Shown: piece by piece, positions 1-11,268 of the stretch
How the letters are laid out: the number at the start of each line of letters is the position of its first letter
How positions within the stretch are numbered: the first letter of the stretch is position 1
Source of the DNA: Betaproteobacteria bacterium
GTDB lineage: Bacteria > Pseudomonadota > Gammaproteobacteria > Burkholderiales > SG8-41
Length of the DNA: 63,716 nucleotides
Assembly (NCBI GenBank): GCA_947476215.1
Contig: CANJQI010000005.1
Span: 1-63,716, forward strand
Direction of reading: 5' to 3'
Notes under the pieces: generated by a model
Seen by the model: the letters and a program-made list of their open reading frames with translations, nothing else
What the model was told of the DNA's origin: nothing
Database searches by the model: none
Position numbers and translations under genes: made by a program

Positions 1-434
1 ACCAGGTCGAAGCGACCATAGAGCAGGGCACGGAAATTCCCTACCAGCAGGCAACGTCGAGCGGCGCAACCAGCGTGTCCTTCAAGAAAGCAACGCTGTC
101 GCTTAAGGTAAAACCACAGATTACGCCCGACGACAATATCATCATGGATCTTGACGTGCATAAGGATAGCGTAGGCAGCGTGACGACGGCAGGTCCGTCG
201 ATTGATACCAAACAAATTACCACGTCGGTGTTGGTACAGAATGGCGGCACGGTCGTCATCGGCGGTATATACGCACAGACCGAATCCGACAGTACCACCA
301 AGGTTCCGGTTTTCGGTGATCTGCCTTATGTCGGATTCTTGTTCCGCTCCAACGCCAAGGTGGACAACAAGAACGAACTTCTGATTTTTATCAGCCCGCG
401 CATCATCAAAAACAGCGTGTCTTCGTTGCGCTGA
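1..434 (+). CDS. pilQ: Type IV pilus secretin PilQ, C-terminal fragment (5' end lies outside the window)
   Basis: The frame is open from the window edge (in frame with nt 3) to the TGA at 432-434. The secretin C-terminal signature is present: VVIGGIY...KVPVFGDLPYVGFLFRS...ELLIFISPRII. It is followed by aroK-aroB, as in the conserved pilQ-aroK-aroB arrangement. Confidence 0.85.
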   Translation, partial: QVEATIEQGTEIPYQQATSSGATSVSFKKATLSLKVKPQITPDDNIIMDLDVHKDSVGSVTTAGPSIDTKQITTSVLVQNGGTVVIGGIYAQTESDSTTKVPVFGDLPYVGFLFRSNAKVDNKNELLIFISPRIIKNSVSSLR

Positions 435-458
435 TACGCTCCAGAAGTTCCCTGACGG

Positions 459-490
459 GGCCGGTGGTGTTCCACCGGCCGATTTTATTT
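459..490 (+). terminator. Rho-independent terminator after pilQ
   Basis: A perfect 9-bp GC-rich stem, GGCCGGTGG / CCACCGGCC, encloses the loop TGTT (459-480). A T-rich tail GATTTTATTT follows. Confidence 0.6.
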
Positions 491-550
491 GCACCACACA
501 ATTCGTTCGGCCGACCATAACATGCCGGGGAATCACGTTACAATTCGCAC

Positions 551-1129
551 ATGTTAACCGACCCCACTCCCCGCGAGTCCGATACGACAATTCCAGACAA
601 CATTTTCCTGGTGGGATTGATGGGCGCAGGCAAGACTTCGGTTGGACGATTGCTGGCCAGTCATTTTGGAAAAACGTTCTATGACTGCGACCATGAAATT
701 GAACGCCGCACTGGCGTGAAAATCCCGGTTATTTTCGATATTGAGGGCGAAGAGGGTTTTAGAGCACGCGAAGCAACCGTGTTGCGAGAACTTGCAAACT
801 TGGACAATATCGTTCTTGCTACCGGAGGTGGCGCAGTGCTGCGCGCGGAAAATCGAGCCGAGCTGAAGCAGCACGGCATCGTTATATACCTGCGAGCGGC
901 GCTGGACGATTTATGGCAACGCACGCGACATGACCGTAACCGCCCGCTGCTGCAGACCGGCGATGGGCGTGCCCGCCTGGAGCAGCTTTACTTACAGCGC
1001 GATCCGCTTTATCAGGAGGTGGCGGCTGTCGTGGTGGATACCGGCAACCAGAGTCTGCGCAGCCTTGCCCAGAGACTGGAACAGCATTTGCGCGAGTATG
1101 TGCGCGAAAAAGACCCCGACCTTCATTAA
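551..1129 (+). CDS. aroK: Shikimate kinase
   Basis: 192-aa ORF with the Walker A motif [17 protein letters not shown] and typical AroK length. Located between pilQ and aroB. Confidence 0.9.
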   Translation: MLTDPTPRESDTTIPDNIFLVGLMGAGKTSVGRLLASHFGKTFYDCDHEIERRTGVKIPVIFDIEGEEGFRAREATVLRELANLDNIVLATGGGAVLRAENRAELKQHGIVIYLRAALDDLWQRTRHDRNRPLLQTGDGRARLEQLYLQRDPLYQEVAAVVVDTGNQSLRSLAQRLEQHLREYVREKDPDLH

Positions 1130-1157
1130 CATGTCGCCCCTAGTGTTCTGATCCGAA

Positions 1158-2249
1158 ATGCGCACGGTAAAGGTCGAGCTGGCGGAACGCAGCTATCCCA
1201 TTTTCATCGGTTCCAACCTGCTCGCCGATAAAGACCTGATTTCCCGGCATCTGCCGCAGCATCGCGCAGCCATCGTCACCGATTCGGTGGTGGCGCCGCT
1301 TTATCTTGATGCGTTTGCCGGTGCCCTGAACGATGCCGGCGTTGAAGTGATACGGATGGTGATCCCTGCCGGCGAACAGCACAAGGACTGGCAAACGCTG
1401 GGGTCCGTTTTTGACTCGCTGATAGCGCATCGTTGCGAGCGCAAGACCGCGCTGATCGCGCTGGGCGGTGGTGTTATCGGAGATCTCACCGGCTTCGCCG
1501 CGGCAACCTACCTGCGCGGCGTGCCGTTCATCCAGATTCCCACCACGCTGCTCGCGCAAGTCGACTCGTCGGTGGGTGGCAAGACGGCCGTCAATCATCC
1601 GCGCGGCAAGAATCTGATAGGCGCGTTTTATCAACCGCTTGCCGTCATTGCCGACACAGCGACACTAGCCACATTACCACAACGCGAAATTGGCGCCGGC
1701 CTCGCGGAAGTCATTAAGTATGGACTGATCCGGGATCCAGCTTTTTTCTCCTGGCTGGAAGCAAATATTGACGCCCTGACCAGGCGCGATGACGACGCCC
1801 TCGGCTATGCTATTCAGCGATCATGCGAAAACAAGGCGGAGGTCGTCGCCGCCGATGAACGCGAAGAAACCGGTATACGCGCGCAATTGAATCTTGGCCA
1901 TACCTTCGGCCATGCCATTGAAGTTGGCACCGGCTATGGAAGCTGGCTACACGGCGAAGCAGTCGCAGCCGGCATGGTGATCGCGGCCCGCGTTTCGCGC
2001 CACATGGGATTGATGGGCGACGACGAAGTAACACGCATCGTAACATTGCTCAAACGGGCTCATCTCCCCGTGGTTGCGCCGGATCTCGGTGTAGACCACT
2101 ATCTTGATCTGATGGGTCTGGACAAGAAGGTGGAGGGGGGGAAGATACGATTCATTTTGCTGCGTGCTATCGGGTCCGCGTTCATCACCGCCGAAGTACC
2201 GCAAGACGCCATCGCCGCCGCACTGGTTGAGTCCGCACACCATGGCTAA
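1158..2249 (+). CDS. aroB: 3-dehydroquinate synthase
   Basis: 363-aa ORF carrying [46 protein letters not shown], the characteristic DHQ synthase core. Confidence 0.92.
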   Translation: MRTVKVELAERSYPIFIGSNLLADKDLISRHLPQHRAAIVTDSVVAPLYLDAFAGALNDAGVEVIRMVIPAGEQHKDWQTLGSVFDSLIAHRCERKTALIALGGGVIGDLTGFAAATYLRGVPFIQIPTTLLAQVDSSVGGKTAVNHPRGKNLIGAFYQPLAVIADTATLATLPQREIGAGLAEVIKYGLIRDPAFFSWLEANIDALTRRDDDALGYAIQRSCENKAEVVAADEREETGIRAQLNLGHTFGHAIEVGTGYGSWLHGEAVAAGMVIAARVSRHMGLMGDDEVTRIVTLLKRAHLPVVAPDLGVDHYLDLMGLDKKVEGGKIRFILLRAIGSAFITAEVPQDAIAAALVESAHHG

Positions 2250-3363
2250 TCTGGCGCCCTACGCAATCGACTCGCACAACAGTCGCGGCCGTCGCTATCG
2301 CGAAGCACCGCCGGTCGGTCGCAGTGAATTCCAGCGCGACCGGGACCGCATCATCCACTCGACTGCGTTTCGTCGCCTTGAATACAAAACCCAGGTTTTC
2401 GTCAACCACGAAGGCGATCTTTTCCGCACTCGCCTGACTCACAGCCTCGAAGTAGCGCAAATCGCGAGATCGATCGCGCGCAGCCTCGCGCTGAATGAGG
2501 ATCTGGTGGAAGCCATCGCGTTGGCGCACGATCTCGGACATACGCCGTTCGGACACGCCGGTCAGGACGCCCTGCACCATTGCATGAAACCCTATGGCGG
2601 TTTCGAGCACAATCTGCAATCGCTGCGCGTGGTCGATCTGCTTGAGCAGCGCTATGCCGCTTTTGATGGACTTAATTTATCCTTTGAAACACGTGAGGGC
2701 ATACTCAAGCACTGCTCGGTCAAGAATGCACGCCTGCTCGGCGATGTCGGCGAGCGTTTCGTGAAACGCAGGAGGGCCTCGCTGGAAGCCCAACTTGCCA
2801 ACCTGGCAGATGAAATTGCTTATAATAATCATGATGTTGATGATGGACTACGATCAGGCCTCCTGAGCATGGAACAGCTTGGACAAGTTGGAATTTTCGC
2901 CGACCATATGAAACAGGTTCTGCGCGAGTACCCCAAGATCGAAAATCGCCGGCTGGTGCATGAAACAGTAAGGCGCATGATCAGTACACTGGTGGTCGAT
3001 CTGACGCGGCAGACTTCAAAGAACATCAAGGCGCACGATCCGCAAAGTATTACCGCGATACATTCCGCGCCAGCACTGGTTGCATTCAGTCCGGATATGA
3101 ATCGTCAGCAACAGCTTCTGAAACAATTTCTGCGCATCAACCTATACCAGCATCATCAGGTTGCGCGTATGACCAATAAGGCCAGACGTATCGTGACTGA
3201 CCTGTTTGATGCTTTCGCGGCCGAACCACGGTTGTTGCCGCCTCAATATCGTGATCTCGCCCAAGCGAGCGCTACGCGCACCGTTGCCGATTACATTGCG
3301 GGCATGACAGACCGTTACGCGATTCGTGAACACAAGCGTTTGTTCGCGGTCGACGAAATCTGA
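2242..3363 (+). CDS. dgt: dGTP triphosphohydrolase-like HD-domain protein
   Basis: HD-domain motifs [16 protein letters not shown] and [13 protein letters not shown] are present. The start is placed at [11 protein letters not shown] (ATG 2242), which overlaps the aroB stop (ATGGCTAA). The longer tracked ORF from 2164 would overlap aroB by 86 nt. Confidence 0.85.
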   Translation: MANLAPYAIDSHNSRGRRYREAPPVGRSEFQRDRDRIIHSTAFRRLEYKTQVFVNHEGDLFRTRLTHSLEVAQIARSIARSLALNEDLVEAIALAHDLGHTPFGHAGQDALHHCMKPYGGFEHNLQSLRVVDLLEQRYAAFDGLNLSFETREGILKHCSVKNARLLGDVGERFVKRRRASLEAQLANLADEIAYNNHDVDDGLRSGLLSMEQLGQVGIFADHMKQVLREYPKIENRRLVHETVRRMISTLVVDLTRQTSKNIKAHDPQSITAIHSAPALVAFSPDMNRQQQLLKQFLRINLYQHHQVARMTNKARRIVTDLFDAFAAEPRLLPPQYRDLAQASATRTVADYIAGMTDRYAIREHKRLFAVDEI

Positions 3364-3481
3364 AATTTGGGCCGCGCCGCAGTGCCTACGAAGTAGGTTG
3401 ATCGCAAAAATTTGCTGCGTTGCCGCACCGCGGCTACGGATTTTTGGCAAATATTCCGAATTCCCGCAACTTTTCAAGGCC

Positions 3482-3510
3482 TTGAAGTCTGCCTGACAAG
3501 GCGGTATATT
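3482..3510 (+). promoter_or_regulatory. Sigma-70-like promoter candidate upstream of gltB
   Basis: TTGAAG (3482-3487), a 17-nt spacer, then TATATT (3505-3510). The -35 overlaps a perfect 14-bp palindrome TTCAAGGCCTTGAA (3473-3486). Confidence 0.3.
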
Positions 3511-3541
3511 CGGTACCTTTCGGCGCGTTTCTGGTATTTTG

Positions 3542-3569
3542 AAGCCGGTGGTCTTCCGCCGGCTTTTTT
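3542..3569 (+). terminator. Intrinsic-terminator-like hairpin 17 nt upstream of the gltB start
   Basis: A 10-bp stem AAGCCGGTGG / CCGCCGGCTT (one G-U pair) with loop TCTT, running into a T6 tract that ends at 3569. Confidence 0.5.
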
Positions 3570-3586
3570 GACTCTACAGGTAAACC

Positions 3587-6500
3587 GTGATGCAACCCCC
3601 ATTAGCCCAAGGAATGTATGACCCCGCCAATGAGCACGATGCGTGTGGCGTCGGTTTTATTGCCCATATCAAGGGCAAAAAAAGTCATTCGATCGTGGAA
3701 CAGGGGCTGCAGATACTGAAAAACCTGAGCCATCGCGGCGCGGTCGGCGCCGACCCCCTGGCGGGTGATGGAGCAGGCATACTAATCCAGATACCGGATG
3801 CGTTTTTCCGCGAAGAGATGGCCAAGCAGTTCGTCAGGCTGCCGCCGGCCGGGCAGTACGGCGTCGGTATGGTATTTTTACCAAAGGAACCGGCGTCACG
3901 CCTCGCCTGCGAATACGAAATCGAGCGCGCAATCAAGGACGAGGGTCAGCATGTGCTGGGCTGGCGCGACGTGCCGCGCGACAATTCCGGACTGGGCGCA
4001 TCCGTCAAAGCGATAGAACCGGTCATACGGCAGATTTTCATCGGCCCCGGCGAAGGTGTGACCGTCACCGATGCGCTCGAACGCAAACTCTACGTTATTC
4101 GCAAAAGCTCCGGCCATGCGATCCAGGCGCTGGACCTTGAGCACAGCAAGGAGTTCTATGTGCCGTCAATGTCCGCCCGCACCATCGTCTACAAAGGCAT
4201 GTTACTCGCCGGACAGGTCGGCACCTATTACCAGGATTTGCAGGATGACCGCTTAGTGTCATCGCTTGCGTTGGCGCACCAGCGGTTCTCGACCAATACA
4301 TTTCCGACCTGGGATCTGGCACACCCGTTCCGGCTGATCGCGCATAACGGCGAGATCAACACGCTGCGCGGAAACGTCAACTGGATACGCGCCCGCCAAG
4401 GCGCCATTTCGAGTCCCATACTCGGCAAGGATCTGAACAAATTATGGCCGCTGATATACGACGGCCAGTCGGATTCCGCTTCGTTCGACAATGCGCTCGA
4501 ACTGCTGGTCATGGCCGGCTACTCCATCGCTCACGCAGTTATGATGATGATTCCCGAAGCGTGGGAAAGCCATACGCTCATGGACACCAACCGGCGCGCG
4601 TTTTATGAGTACCATGCAGCGATGATGGAACCATGGGACGGACCCGCGGCGATCGCGTTTACGGACGGACGGCAGATCGGGGCGACACTGGACCGCAATG
4701 GACTGCGGCCGGCGCGGTACATCGTTACCGACGACGATCTTGTGATCATGGGTTCCGAATGCGGCTGCCTCCCCATCTCCGAGGACAGGATCGTCAAGAA
4801 ATGGCGCTTGCAGCCGGGCAAAATGTTCCTCGTCGACCTTGAGAAGGGCCGCATCATAGACGACAAGGAACTCAAGGACACGCTCGCCTGTTCCAAGCCT
4901 TATGGCGAATGGATAGAACGCATACGCGTCAAGCTCGATGAGGTCGAAAGCGACCGGCAGCAACCCGAACGATCGAGCGTGAGTCTGCTCGACCGGCAGC
5001 AAGCCTTTGCCTATACACAGGAAGACACCAAGTTCCTGCTGACGCCGATGGCGAACAACGGCGAGGAGCCGATAGGTTCGATGGGCAACGACTCGCCGCT
5101 CGCGGTGCTGTCGAACAAAAACAAGACTTTGTATCATTACTTCAAACAACTGTTCGCGCAGGTCACCAATCCGCCGATAGACCCGATACGCGAAGAACTG
5201 GTAACGTCGCTGGTGACTTTTATCGGCCCCAAGCCGAATCTGCTCGGTATCGACGAACTGAATCCCCCGTTGCGGCTGGAGGTCAGCCAACCTATTCTCG
5301 ACTTTTTCGAGATGGAGAAAATTCGCAACATCGATCGATACACGCGCGGGAAATTCAAGAGTTGTGAATTAAATATCTGTTACCCAGTCGCGTGGGGCAA
5401 ACACGCCATAGAAGCGCGCCTCGCCTCGTTGCGCGCCCAGGCCGAGGACGCGGTGCGTGGCGGAGACTCCATTCTTATCATTTCCGATCGCATCCTGGAC
5501 CGCGACCACGTTGCCATCCCGGCCTTGCTTGCGCTCTCGGCAATTCACCAGCATCTGGTTGCCCAGGGCCTGCGCACGTCGACGGGCCTGGTGGTTGAAA
5601 CCGGCTCAGCGCGCGAGGTTCACCATTTTGCATTGCTCGGTGGATACGGCGCCGAGGCCGTGCATCCGTATCTGGCGCTTGAAACAGTGCTCGATCTCGC
5701 GAACCGTGGCCAGCTCGGACCGGACGTAGACGGCAAAAAAGCCATCAAGAATTTCGTCAAGGCGACCGGCAAAGGTTTGAGAAAAGTGATGTCCAAAATG
5801 GGCATCTCTACTTACATGTCGTATACCGGCGCACAGATTTTTGAAGCAGTAGGGTTATCCCGAGCACTGATAGACAAATATTTCTCCGGAACAACGTCCA
5901 ACGTCGAGGGTATAGGCGTGTTCGAAGTTGCCGAGGAAGCGTTGCTCATACACCGGGCGGCATTCAGCAACGATCCGGTGCTGGCGAATGCGCTCGATGC
6001 CGGCGGCGAGTACGCGTATCGCGTGCGCGGCGAAGAACACATGTGGACGCCGGACGCCATTGCCAAGCTTCAGCAGGCGACGCGCGGTAATTCGGCATCC
6101 ACCTATCAGGAATACGCGAAGATCATCAATGATCAATCGCAAAGGCACATGACTTTTCGCGGCCTGTTCGCGTTCAAATTTGAACAATGCACGCCGGTGC
6201 CTATCGAGGAAGTCGAGCCGGCCGCGGAAATCGTCAAGCGGTTCTCGACCGGCGCGATGTCGTTGGGATCGATATCTACCGAAGCGCACACCAACCTGGC
6301 CATCGCCATGAACCGGATCGGTGGCAAATCGAACACGGGAGAAGGCGGCGAAGACCGCAATCGCTATGCGCCTGTCAAGGCGGGCGAAACGTTGGCGTCG
6401 CGCCTCGGCAAAAGGAACATTGAAACCGATATCATCCTCAAGGAAGGGGATTTGCTAAAGTCCCGAATCAAACAGGTGGCGTCCGGCCGTTTCGGGGTAA

Positions 6501-8239
6501 CCGCCGAATATCTTGCGTCGGCGGAACAGATACAAATCAAGATGGCGCAAGGCGCTAAACCCGGCGAGGGCGGCCAGTTGCCCGGCAAAAAAGTCTCGGA
6601 ATATATTGCCTTGCTGCGCTACTCGACGCCCGGTGTCGAGTTGATATCCCCGCCGCCGCATCACGACATCTATTCGATCGAGGATCTTGCGCAACTGATC
6701 CATGACCTGAAGAACGCGAACTCGCGGGCGTCCATCAGCGTCAAACTGGTGTCCGAAATCGGGGTAGGAACGGTGGCGGCAGGCGTCGCCAAGGCCAAAG
6801 CCGATCACGTCACGATTTCCGGCCACGATGGTGGCACCGGCGCAAGTCCGTGGTCATCGATCAAACACGCCGGCACGCCCTGGGAACTGGGGCTTGCCGA
6901 AACGCAGCAAACACTGGTTCTCAATCGACTGCGCGGCCGCATCGCCGTGCAGGCTGACGGCCAGATGAAAACCGGTCGCGACGTGATCGTGGGCGCGCTG
7001 CTCGGCGCCGATGAGTTTGGCTTCGCCACCGCGCCGCTGGTGGTGTCCGGCTGCATCATGATGCGCAAATGTCATTTGAATACCTGCCCGGTGGGCGTTG
7101 CCACTCAGGACCCGGTGCTGCGCAAGAAGTTTTCGGGTAAACCGGAACACGTCATTAACTATTTCTTCTTCGTCGCGGAAGAGGCGCGCGCGTTGATGGC
7201 GCAACTCGGCATCCGCAAGTTCAGCGATCTGGTCGGCCGCTCGGACCTGCTCGAGACGAGAAAGTGCATAGAACACTGGAAAGCCCGCGGCCTGGACTTC
7301 TCGCGCATATTTCATCAACCGCAAGTGTCAGCCGACGTCGCCCGTTATCACCGCGAAAAACAGGATCATGGTCTCGACAAAGCGCTGGACATCCGGCTGA
7401 TCGAGCTCTCGGCGCCGGCCCTGGAGCACGGTGAAAAGGTCAGGATAGACATGCCCATCCGTAACATCAACCGCACCGTGGGCACCATGTTGTCGGGTGA
7501 AATCGCGCGGCGGTACGGCCACGAAGGTCTGCCCGACAACACCATACAGGTGAAGTTCGCGGGCTCCGCAGGACAAAGTTTCGGGGCATTTCTGGCACGC
7601 GGGGTGACCTTGGATCTTATCGGCGATACCAATGACTACTGTGGCAAAGGTCTGTCGGGGGGACGCATCAGCGTTCAGCCGTCACCCAAATTCCGGGGCG
7701 ATCCGGCGCAAAACATCATTACCGGCAACGTCGTGCTTTATGGCGCCATCGCGGGCGAAGCGTTTTTCCGAGGCGTCGCCGGCGAACGCTTCGCGGTTCG
7801 CAATTCCGGAGCCCATGCGGTCGTCGAGGGTGTCGGCGATCATGGCTGCGAATACATGACCGGCGGGACCGTGGTCGTGCTGGGCACGACCGGCCGTAAC
7901 TTCGCGGCCGGCATGTCGGGGGGCATCGCCTATGTACTCGATGAAGAAGGTGAATTCGTCAAATACTGCAACACAGCCATGGTTGATCTTGAACCGGTGC
8001 TGTCGGAGTCCGAGCAGGCGGCGAAGATGACGCGCGACGTCTGGCATCTGGGACAGTCCGACGAAGCATTGCTGAAGGGCATGATAGAAAACCACGCGCG
8101 ATCCACCGGCAGCAGCCGCGCGCACGACATACTCGAGAAATGGAATGTCTATCGCCTGCGTTTCGTCAAGGTCTTCCCCAGAGAATACAAGCGCGCGCTC
8201 ACCGAGCTTACCGCCGCCGGCCGCAAAGCAGCAGCCTGA
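3587..8239 (+). CDS. gltB: Glutamate synthase (NADPH) large subunit
   Basis: 1550-aa ORF. It has the N-terminal amidotransferase start ...[14 protein letters not shown] plus FMN and GXGXG domains. GTG at 3587 is immediately followed by ATG at 3590, and either could be the start. Confidence 0.95.
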   Translation: MMQPPLAQGMYDPANEHDACGVGFIAHIKGKKSHSIVEQGLQILKNLSHRGAVGADPLAGDGAGILIQIPDAFFREEMAKQFVRLPPAGQYGVGMVFLPKEPASRLACEYEIERAIKDEGQHVLGWRDVPRDNSGLGASVKAIEPVIRQIFIGPGEGVTVTDALERKLYVIRKSSGHAIQALDLEHSKEFYVPSMSARTIVYKGMLLAGQVGTYYQDLQDDRLVSSLALAHQRFSTNTFPTWDLAHPFRLIAHNGEINTLRGNVNWIRARQGAISSPILGKDLNKLWPLIYDGQSDSASFDNALELLVMAGYSIAHAVMMMIPEAWESHTLMDTNRRAFYEYHAAMMEPWDGPAAIAFTDGRQIGATLDRNGLRPARYIVTDDDLVIMGSECGCLPISEDRIVKKWRLQPGKMFLVDLEKGRIIDDKELKDTLACSKPYGEWIERIRVKLDEVESDRQQPERSSVSLLDRQQAFAYTQEDTKFLLTPMANNGEEPIGSMGNDSPLAVLSNKNKTLYHYFKQLFAQVTNPPIDPIREELVTSLVTFIGPKPNLLGIDELNPPLRLEVSQPILDFFEMEKIRNIDRYTRGKFKSCELNICYPVAWGKHAIEARLASLRAQAEDAVRGGDSILIISDRILDRDHVAIPALLALSAIHQHLVAQGLRTSTGLVVETGSAREVHHFALLGGYGAEAVHPYLALETVLDLANRGQLGPDVDGKKAIKNFVKATGKGLRKVMSKMGISTYMSYTGAQIFEAVGLSRALIDKYFSGTTSNVEGIGVFEVAEEALLIHRAAFSNDPVLANALDAGGEYAYRVRGEEHMWTPDAIAKLQQATRGNSASTYQEYAKIINDQSQRHMTFRGLFAFKFEQCTPVPIEEVEPAAEIVKRFSTGAMSLGSISTEAHTNLAIAMNRIGGKSNTGEGGEDRNRYAPVKAGETLASRLGKRNIETDIILKEGDLLKSRIKQVASGRFGVTAEYLASAEQIQIKMAQGAKPGEGGQLPGKKVSEYIALLRYSTPGVELISPPPHHDIYSIEDLAQLIHDLKNANSRASISVKLVSEIGVGTVAAGVAKAKADHVTISGHDGGTGASPWSSIKHAGTPWELGLAETQQTLVLNRLRGRIAVQADGQMKTGRDVIVGALLGADEFGFATAPLVVSGCIMMRKCHLNTCPVGVATQDPVLRKKFSGKPEHVINYFFFVAEEARALMAQLGIRKFSDLVGRSDLLETRKCIEHWKARGLDFSRIFHQPQVSADVARYHREKQDHGLDKALDIRLIELSAPALEHGEKVRIDMPIRNINRTVGTMLSGEIARRYGHEGLPDNTIQVKFAGSAGQSFGAFLARGVTLDLIGDTNDYCGKGLSGGRISVQPSPKFRGDPAQNIITGNVVLYGAIAGEAFFRGVAGERFAVRNSGAHAVVEGVGDHGCEYMTGGTVVVLGTTGRNFAAGMSGGIAYVLDEEGEFVKYCNTAMVDLEPVLSESEQAAKMTRDVWHLGQSDEALLKGMIENHARSTGSSRAHDILEKWNVYRLRFVKVFPREYKRALTELTAAGRKAAA

Positions 8240-8265
8240 ACCAGAAAATAGCGTAAATCGAAAAC

Positions 8266-9723
8266 ATGGGCAAAATCACGGGTTTCCTCGAATATCAGCG
8301 CTTGCAGGAAGCAAGCGAAGACAAGGAGTCGCGCAAGAAACACTATCGCGAGTTCGTGCTGCACCTTACGGACGAAGAGACCAGCGTGCAGGGCGCGCGC
8401 TGCATGGACTGCGGCATTCCGTTTTGCATGAGCGGCTGTCCAGTCAACAACATCATTCCGGACTTTAATGATCTTGTTTACAAACAGGATTGGAAGAACG
8501 CCATCGAGACGCTGCACTCAACCAATAATTTTCCGGAATTCACCGGGCGCGTCTGTCCGGCGCCGTGCGAGGAAGCGTGCACGCTGCGCATCAATAATGA
8601 TCCGGTTGGAATCAAGTCGATAGAACACGCGATCATAGACAAGGCATGGAGCGAAGGTTGGATCAAGCCCCAGCCGGCCGCCGTTAAATCGGGCAAGCGC
8701 ATTGCGGTGGTGGGATCCGGGCCGGCGGGCCTCGCCTGCTCGCAGCAACTGGCGCGAGCCGGACATGACGTCGTGGTGTTTGAAAAAAACGACCGGATGG
8801 GCGGGCTGCTGCGCTACGGCATTCCGGATTTCAAGATGGAAAAGTGGCTGATCGATCGACGGCTCGAACAACTGGGCGCTGAGGGGGTCTCGTTCCGAAC
8901 TAACCACATGGTCGGTCAGGCCGCCGTGGGCGCGGGCAATGCCGGCGTAACCATGCTGGACGCCGCACAGGTTGCGGCCGAGTTTGACGCCGTCGTGCTA
9001 TCGGGAGGCGCCGAACATGCGCGCGATTTGCCGGTCCCGGGCCGCGAGTTGGAAGGCATATATTTCGCAATGGATTTTCTGCCGCTGCAGAATCGCCGCG
9101 ATGCCGGGGACAAGAATGTTGCGGATTTGTGGGCACGCGGCAAGCATGTGGTGGTGATCGGCGGTGGCGATACTGGTTCTGACTGTGTGGGCACGTCCAA
9201 TCGACACGACGCCGCCTCCGTGACACAGTTTGAACTCATGCCCATGCCGCCGGACGTTGATAAAAACCCGGTATGGCCCTATTGGCCGCAACGACTGCGC
9301 AACTCGTCGTCGCACGAAGAAGGCGCGCATCGCGACTGGGCGGTGGCAACCAAGCGCTTTGAAGGAAGCAACGGCAAAGTCGAGAAGCTGATTGGGGTAC
9401 GGGTGCAATGGGAAAACGGCAAGATGCAGGAAGTTTCGGGCTCGGAGTTTGAAGTGAAAGCAGACCTGGTGTTGCTCGCCATGGGATTCATATCCCCGAC
9501 GCACAGCGTGTTGACGTCGTTCAATGTTGACGCGGACGGCCGCGGCAACGCAAAAGCCACGACCGATGGCAACGGCTGCTATACAACTTCGGTTCCCAAG
9601 ATATTCGCCGCCGGCGATATGCGCCGCGGGCAATCGCTCGTCGTATGGGCAATACGTGAAGGACGTCAGTGCGCGCGTGCGGTCGACGAGTTCCTGATGG
9701 GAAGTTCGACGCTTCCGCGTTGA
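8266..9723 (+). CDS. gltD: Glutamate synthase small subunit
   Basis: 485-aa ORF with Fe-S cysteine clusters ([18 protein letters not shown]) and the dinucleotide fold [12 protein letters not shown]. It lies directly downstream of gltB. Confidence 0.93.
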   Translation: MGKITGFLEYQRLQEASEDKESRKKHYREFVLHLTDEETSVQGARCMDCGIPFCMSGCPVNNIIPDFNDLVYKQDWKNAIETLHSTNNFPEFTGRVCPAPCEEACTLRINNDPVGIKSIEHAIIDKAWSEGWIKPQPAAVKSGKRIAVVGSGPAGLACSQQLARAGHDVVVFEKNDRMGGLLRYGIPDFKMEKWLIDRRLEQLGAEGVSFRTNHMVGQAAVGAGNAGVTMLDAAQVAAEFDAVVLSGGAEHARDLPVPGRELEGIYFAMDFLPLQNRRDAGDKNVADLWARGKHVVVIGGGDTGSDCVGTSNRHDAASVTQFELMPMPPDVDKNPVWPYWPQRLRNSSSHEEGAHRDWAVATKRFEGSNGKVEKLIGVRVQWENGKMQEVSGSEFEVKADLVLLAMGFISPTHSVLTSFNVDADGRGNAKATTDGNGCYTTSVPKIFAAGDMRRGQSLVVWAIREGRQCARAVDEFLMGSSTLPR

Positions 9724-9866
9724 CACGGGGCTGAATCGAACACACCGTGTGGAGGTTAGGCGTGGAAATATTTTCAGCAACCCTACGGTGCGCTGCCATA
9801 TCTGGCTTGCGGCGCAGACATGGCGGGACATCCCGCAAGCCGTGAATCGCCAGATCTTTACCCAGT

Positions 9867-10928
9867 ATGCTTAAACTAAGAAACGACACGCTAATACGCG
9901 CGCTTTTGCGGCAGCCCACCCCTTACACGCCAGTATGGCTGATGCGGCAGGCGGGGCGTTATTTGCCCGAGTACCGGCAGACTCGCGCTCGCGCCGGCAG
10001 TTTTCTGAAGTTATGCAAGAGCCCCGACATGGCCTGCGAAGTGACGCTCCAGCCGCTGGAGCGTTTTCCGCTCGATGCCGCCATCGTCTTTTCCGACATT
10101 TTGACCATACCCGACGCCATGGGTCTGGGTCTTTATTTCGCCGACGGTGAAGGTCCAAAATTTGAACGACCGTTGCGCGAGGAGTCGGCAATACGGGCGC
10201 TGGCCGCGCCGGATCCGGATACCACATTGCGCTACGTCTTGGACGCGGTACGTCAGGCTCGTGTAGCGCTGGACGGCAGGGTGCCGCTGATCGGTTTTTC
10301 CGGCAGCCCATTTACCCTCGCGTGCTACATGATAGAGGGTCAGGGCAGCAGTGATTTCGCGACCGTCAAGAGTATGTTGTATCGGCGACCGGATTTACTG
10401 CACCACATCTTGTCCGTCAATGCTACCGCAGTGACCACTTACTTAAACGCGCAGATCGAGTCCGGCGCGCAAGTCGTGATGCTGTTTGATACCTGGGGCG
10501 GCATGCTCTCACACGCGGCTTATGATGAGTTTTCGTTGGCATACAGCAAGCGCGTGATGGCCGGTCTCACGCGCGAACGCGATGGTTTGCGCGTTCCCAG
10601 CATCGTCTTCACCAAAGGGGGTGGCAACTGGCTGGAAAGTATCGCGGACATCGGATGTGACGCGGTGGGCTTGGACTGGACGATAGATATCGGCGCAGCA
10701 CGGTCACGCGTGGGGGCGAAGGTTGCATTGCAAGGAAATCTTGACCCGGCAGTCCTCCTGTCGTCAGCCGCCGCGATCCGGCACGAAGCTGAGCGTGTGC
10801 TTACCAGTTTTGGTAACGGCTCCGGACATGTGTTTAATCTTGGTCATGGGATTTCGCAATACACTCCTCCCGAGAACGTTGCCGCACTGATCGAAACCGT
10901 TCGCAGTTTCAGTACGCGTTTTCATTGA
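9867..10928 (+). CDS. hemE: Uroporphyrinogen decarboxylase
   Basis: 353-aa ORF with the N-terminal signature [16 protein letters not shown]. Confidence 0.93.
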   Translation: MLKLRNDTLIRALLRQPTPYTPVWLMRQAGRYLPEYRQTRARAGSFLKLCKSPDMACEVTLQPLERFPLDAAIVFSDILTIPDAMGLGLYFADGEGPKFERPLREESAIRALAAPDPDTTLRYVLDAVRQARVALDGRVPLIGFSGSPFTLACYMIEGQGSSDFATVKSMLYRRPDLLHHILSVNATAVTTYLNAQIESGAQVVMLFDTWGGMLSHAAYDEFSLAYSKRVMAGLTRERDGLRVPSIVFTKGGGNWLESIADIGCDAVGLDWTIDIGAARSRVGAKVALQGNLDPAVLLSSAAAIRHEAERVLTSFGNGSGHVFNLGHGISQYTPPENVAALIETVRSFSTRFH

Positions 10929-11146
10929 AGAACCACGCCTGTCATGCGGTTTTGGCGTGTAACTTCATGGACTTATGCACAGCCACGGACTTTGCTGGCG
11001 ACTTACCGTGGGATGACCGCGAATACCGGATGCCGGATGCCGAAAAGCATAACCATCTGTTTTTTAAATAGTTTTCTATTAATTCGGCAAGAATCATGGC
11101 AGGGAATTTCACGCGTAGCAAAGACGTCACCGCGCTGCTGAAAAAA

Positions 11147-11167
11147 TTATCAACAAAGTTATCCACA
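11147..11167 (+). promoter_or_regulatory. Tandem DnaA boxes in the hemE-priA spacer
   Basis: TTATCAACA (11147-11155, one mismatch) and a perfect TTATCCACA (11159-11167) sit in the same orientation, 3 nt apart. A further TTATGCACA at 10973-10981 fits the relaxed TTATNCACA consensus. Confidence 0.45.
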
Positions 11168-11268
11168 ACTATTCCCCGACCGGCAAAAAAGTCAATCGCG
11201 TAAACCGTTTGGCGGGACTTCTTAGACTTCACACGAGTACAACTCGCTAACTCCAGCACGTTTACTTC

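Noticed and set aside
2754-2769. parS-like sequence GCGTTTCGTGAAACGC inside dgt.
   Set aside because: It shares the GTGAAAC half-site, but the centre is 2 nt short and the sequence is not a perfect palindrome. It lies in coding sequence and does not match TGTTNCACGTGAAACA.
3445-3459. TGGCAA motif that might be a sigma-54 (-24/-12) promoter for gltB.
   Set aside because: The required TTGC element is absent at the correct spacing; the sequence there is CCGA. It is not a sigma-54 promoter.
4442-5290. 282-aa minus-strand ORF inside gltB. Similar long antisense ORFs occur at 8998-9831, 12163-12858, 14267-15076, 19413-20255 and 43089-43979.
   Set aside because: All of them lie antisense to strongly supported genes: gltB, gltD, priA, argS, the hydrolase and the topoisomerase. 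They have Arg-rich, motif-free translations and no plausible independent start context. I treat them as shadow ORFs.
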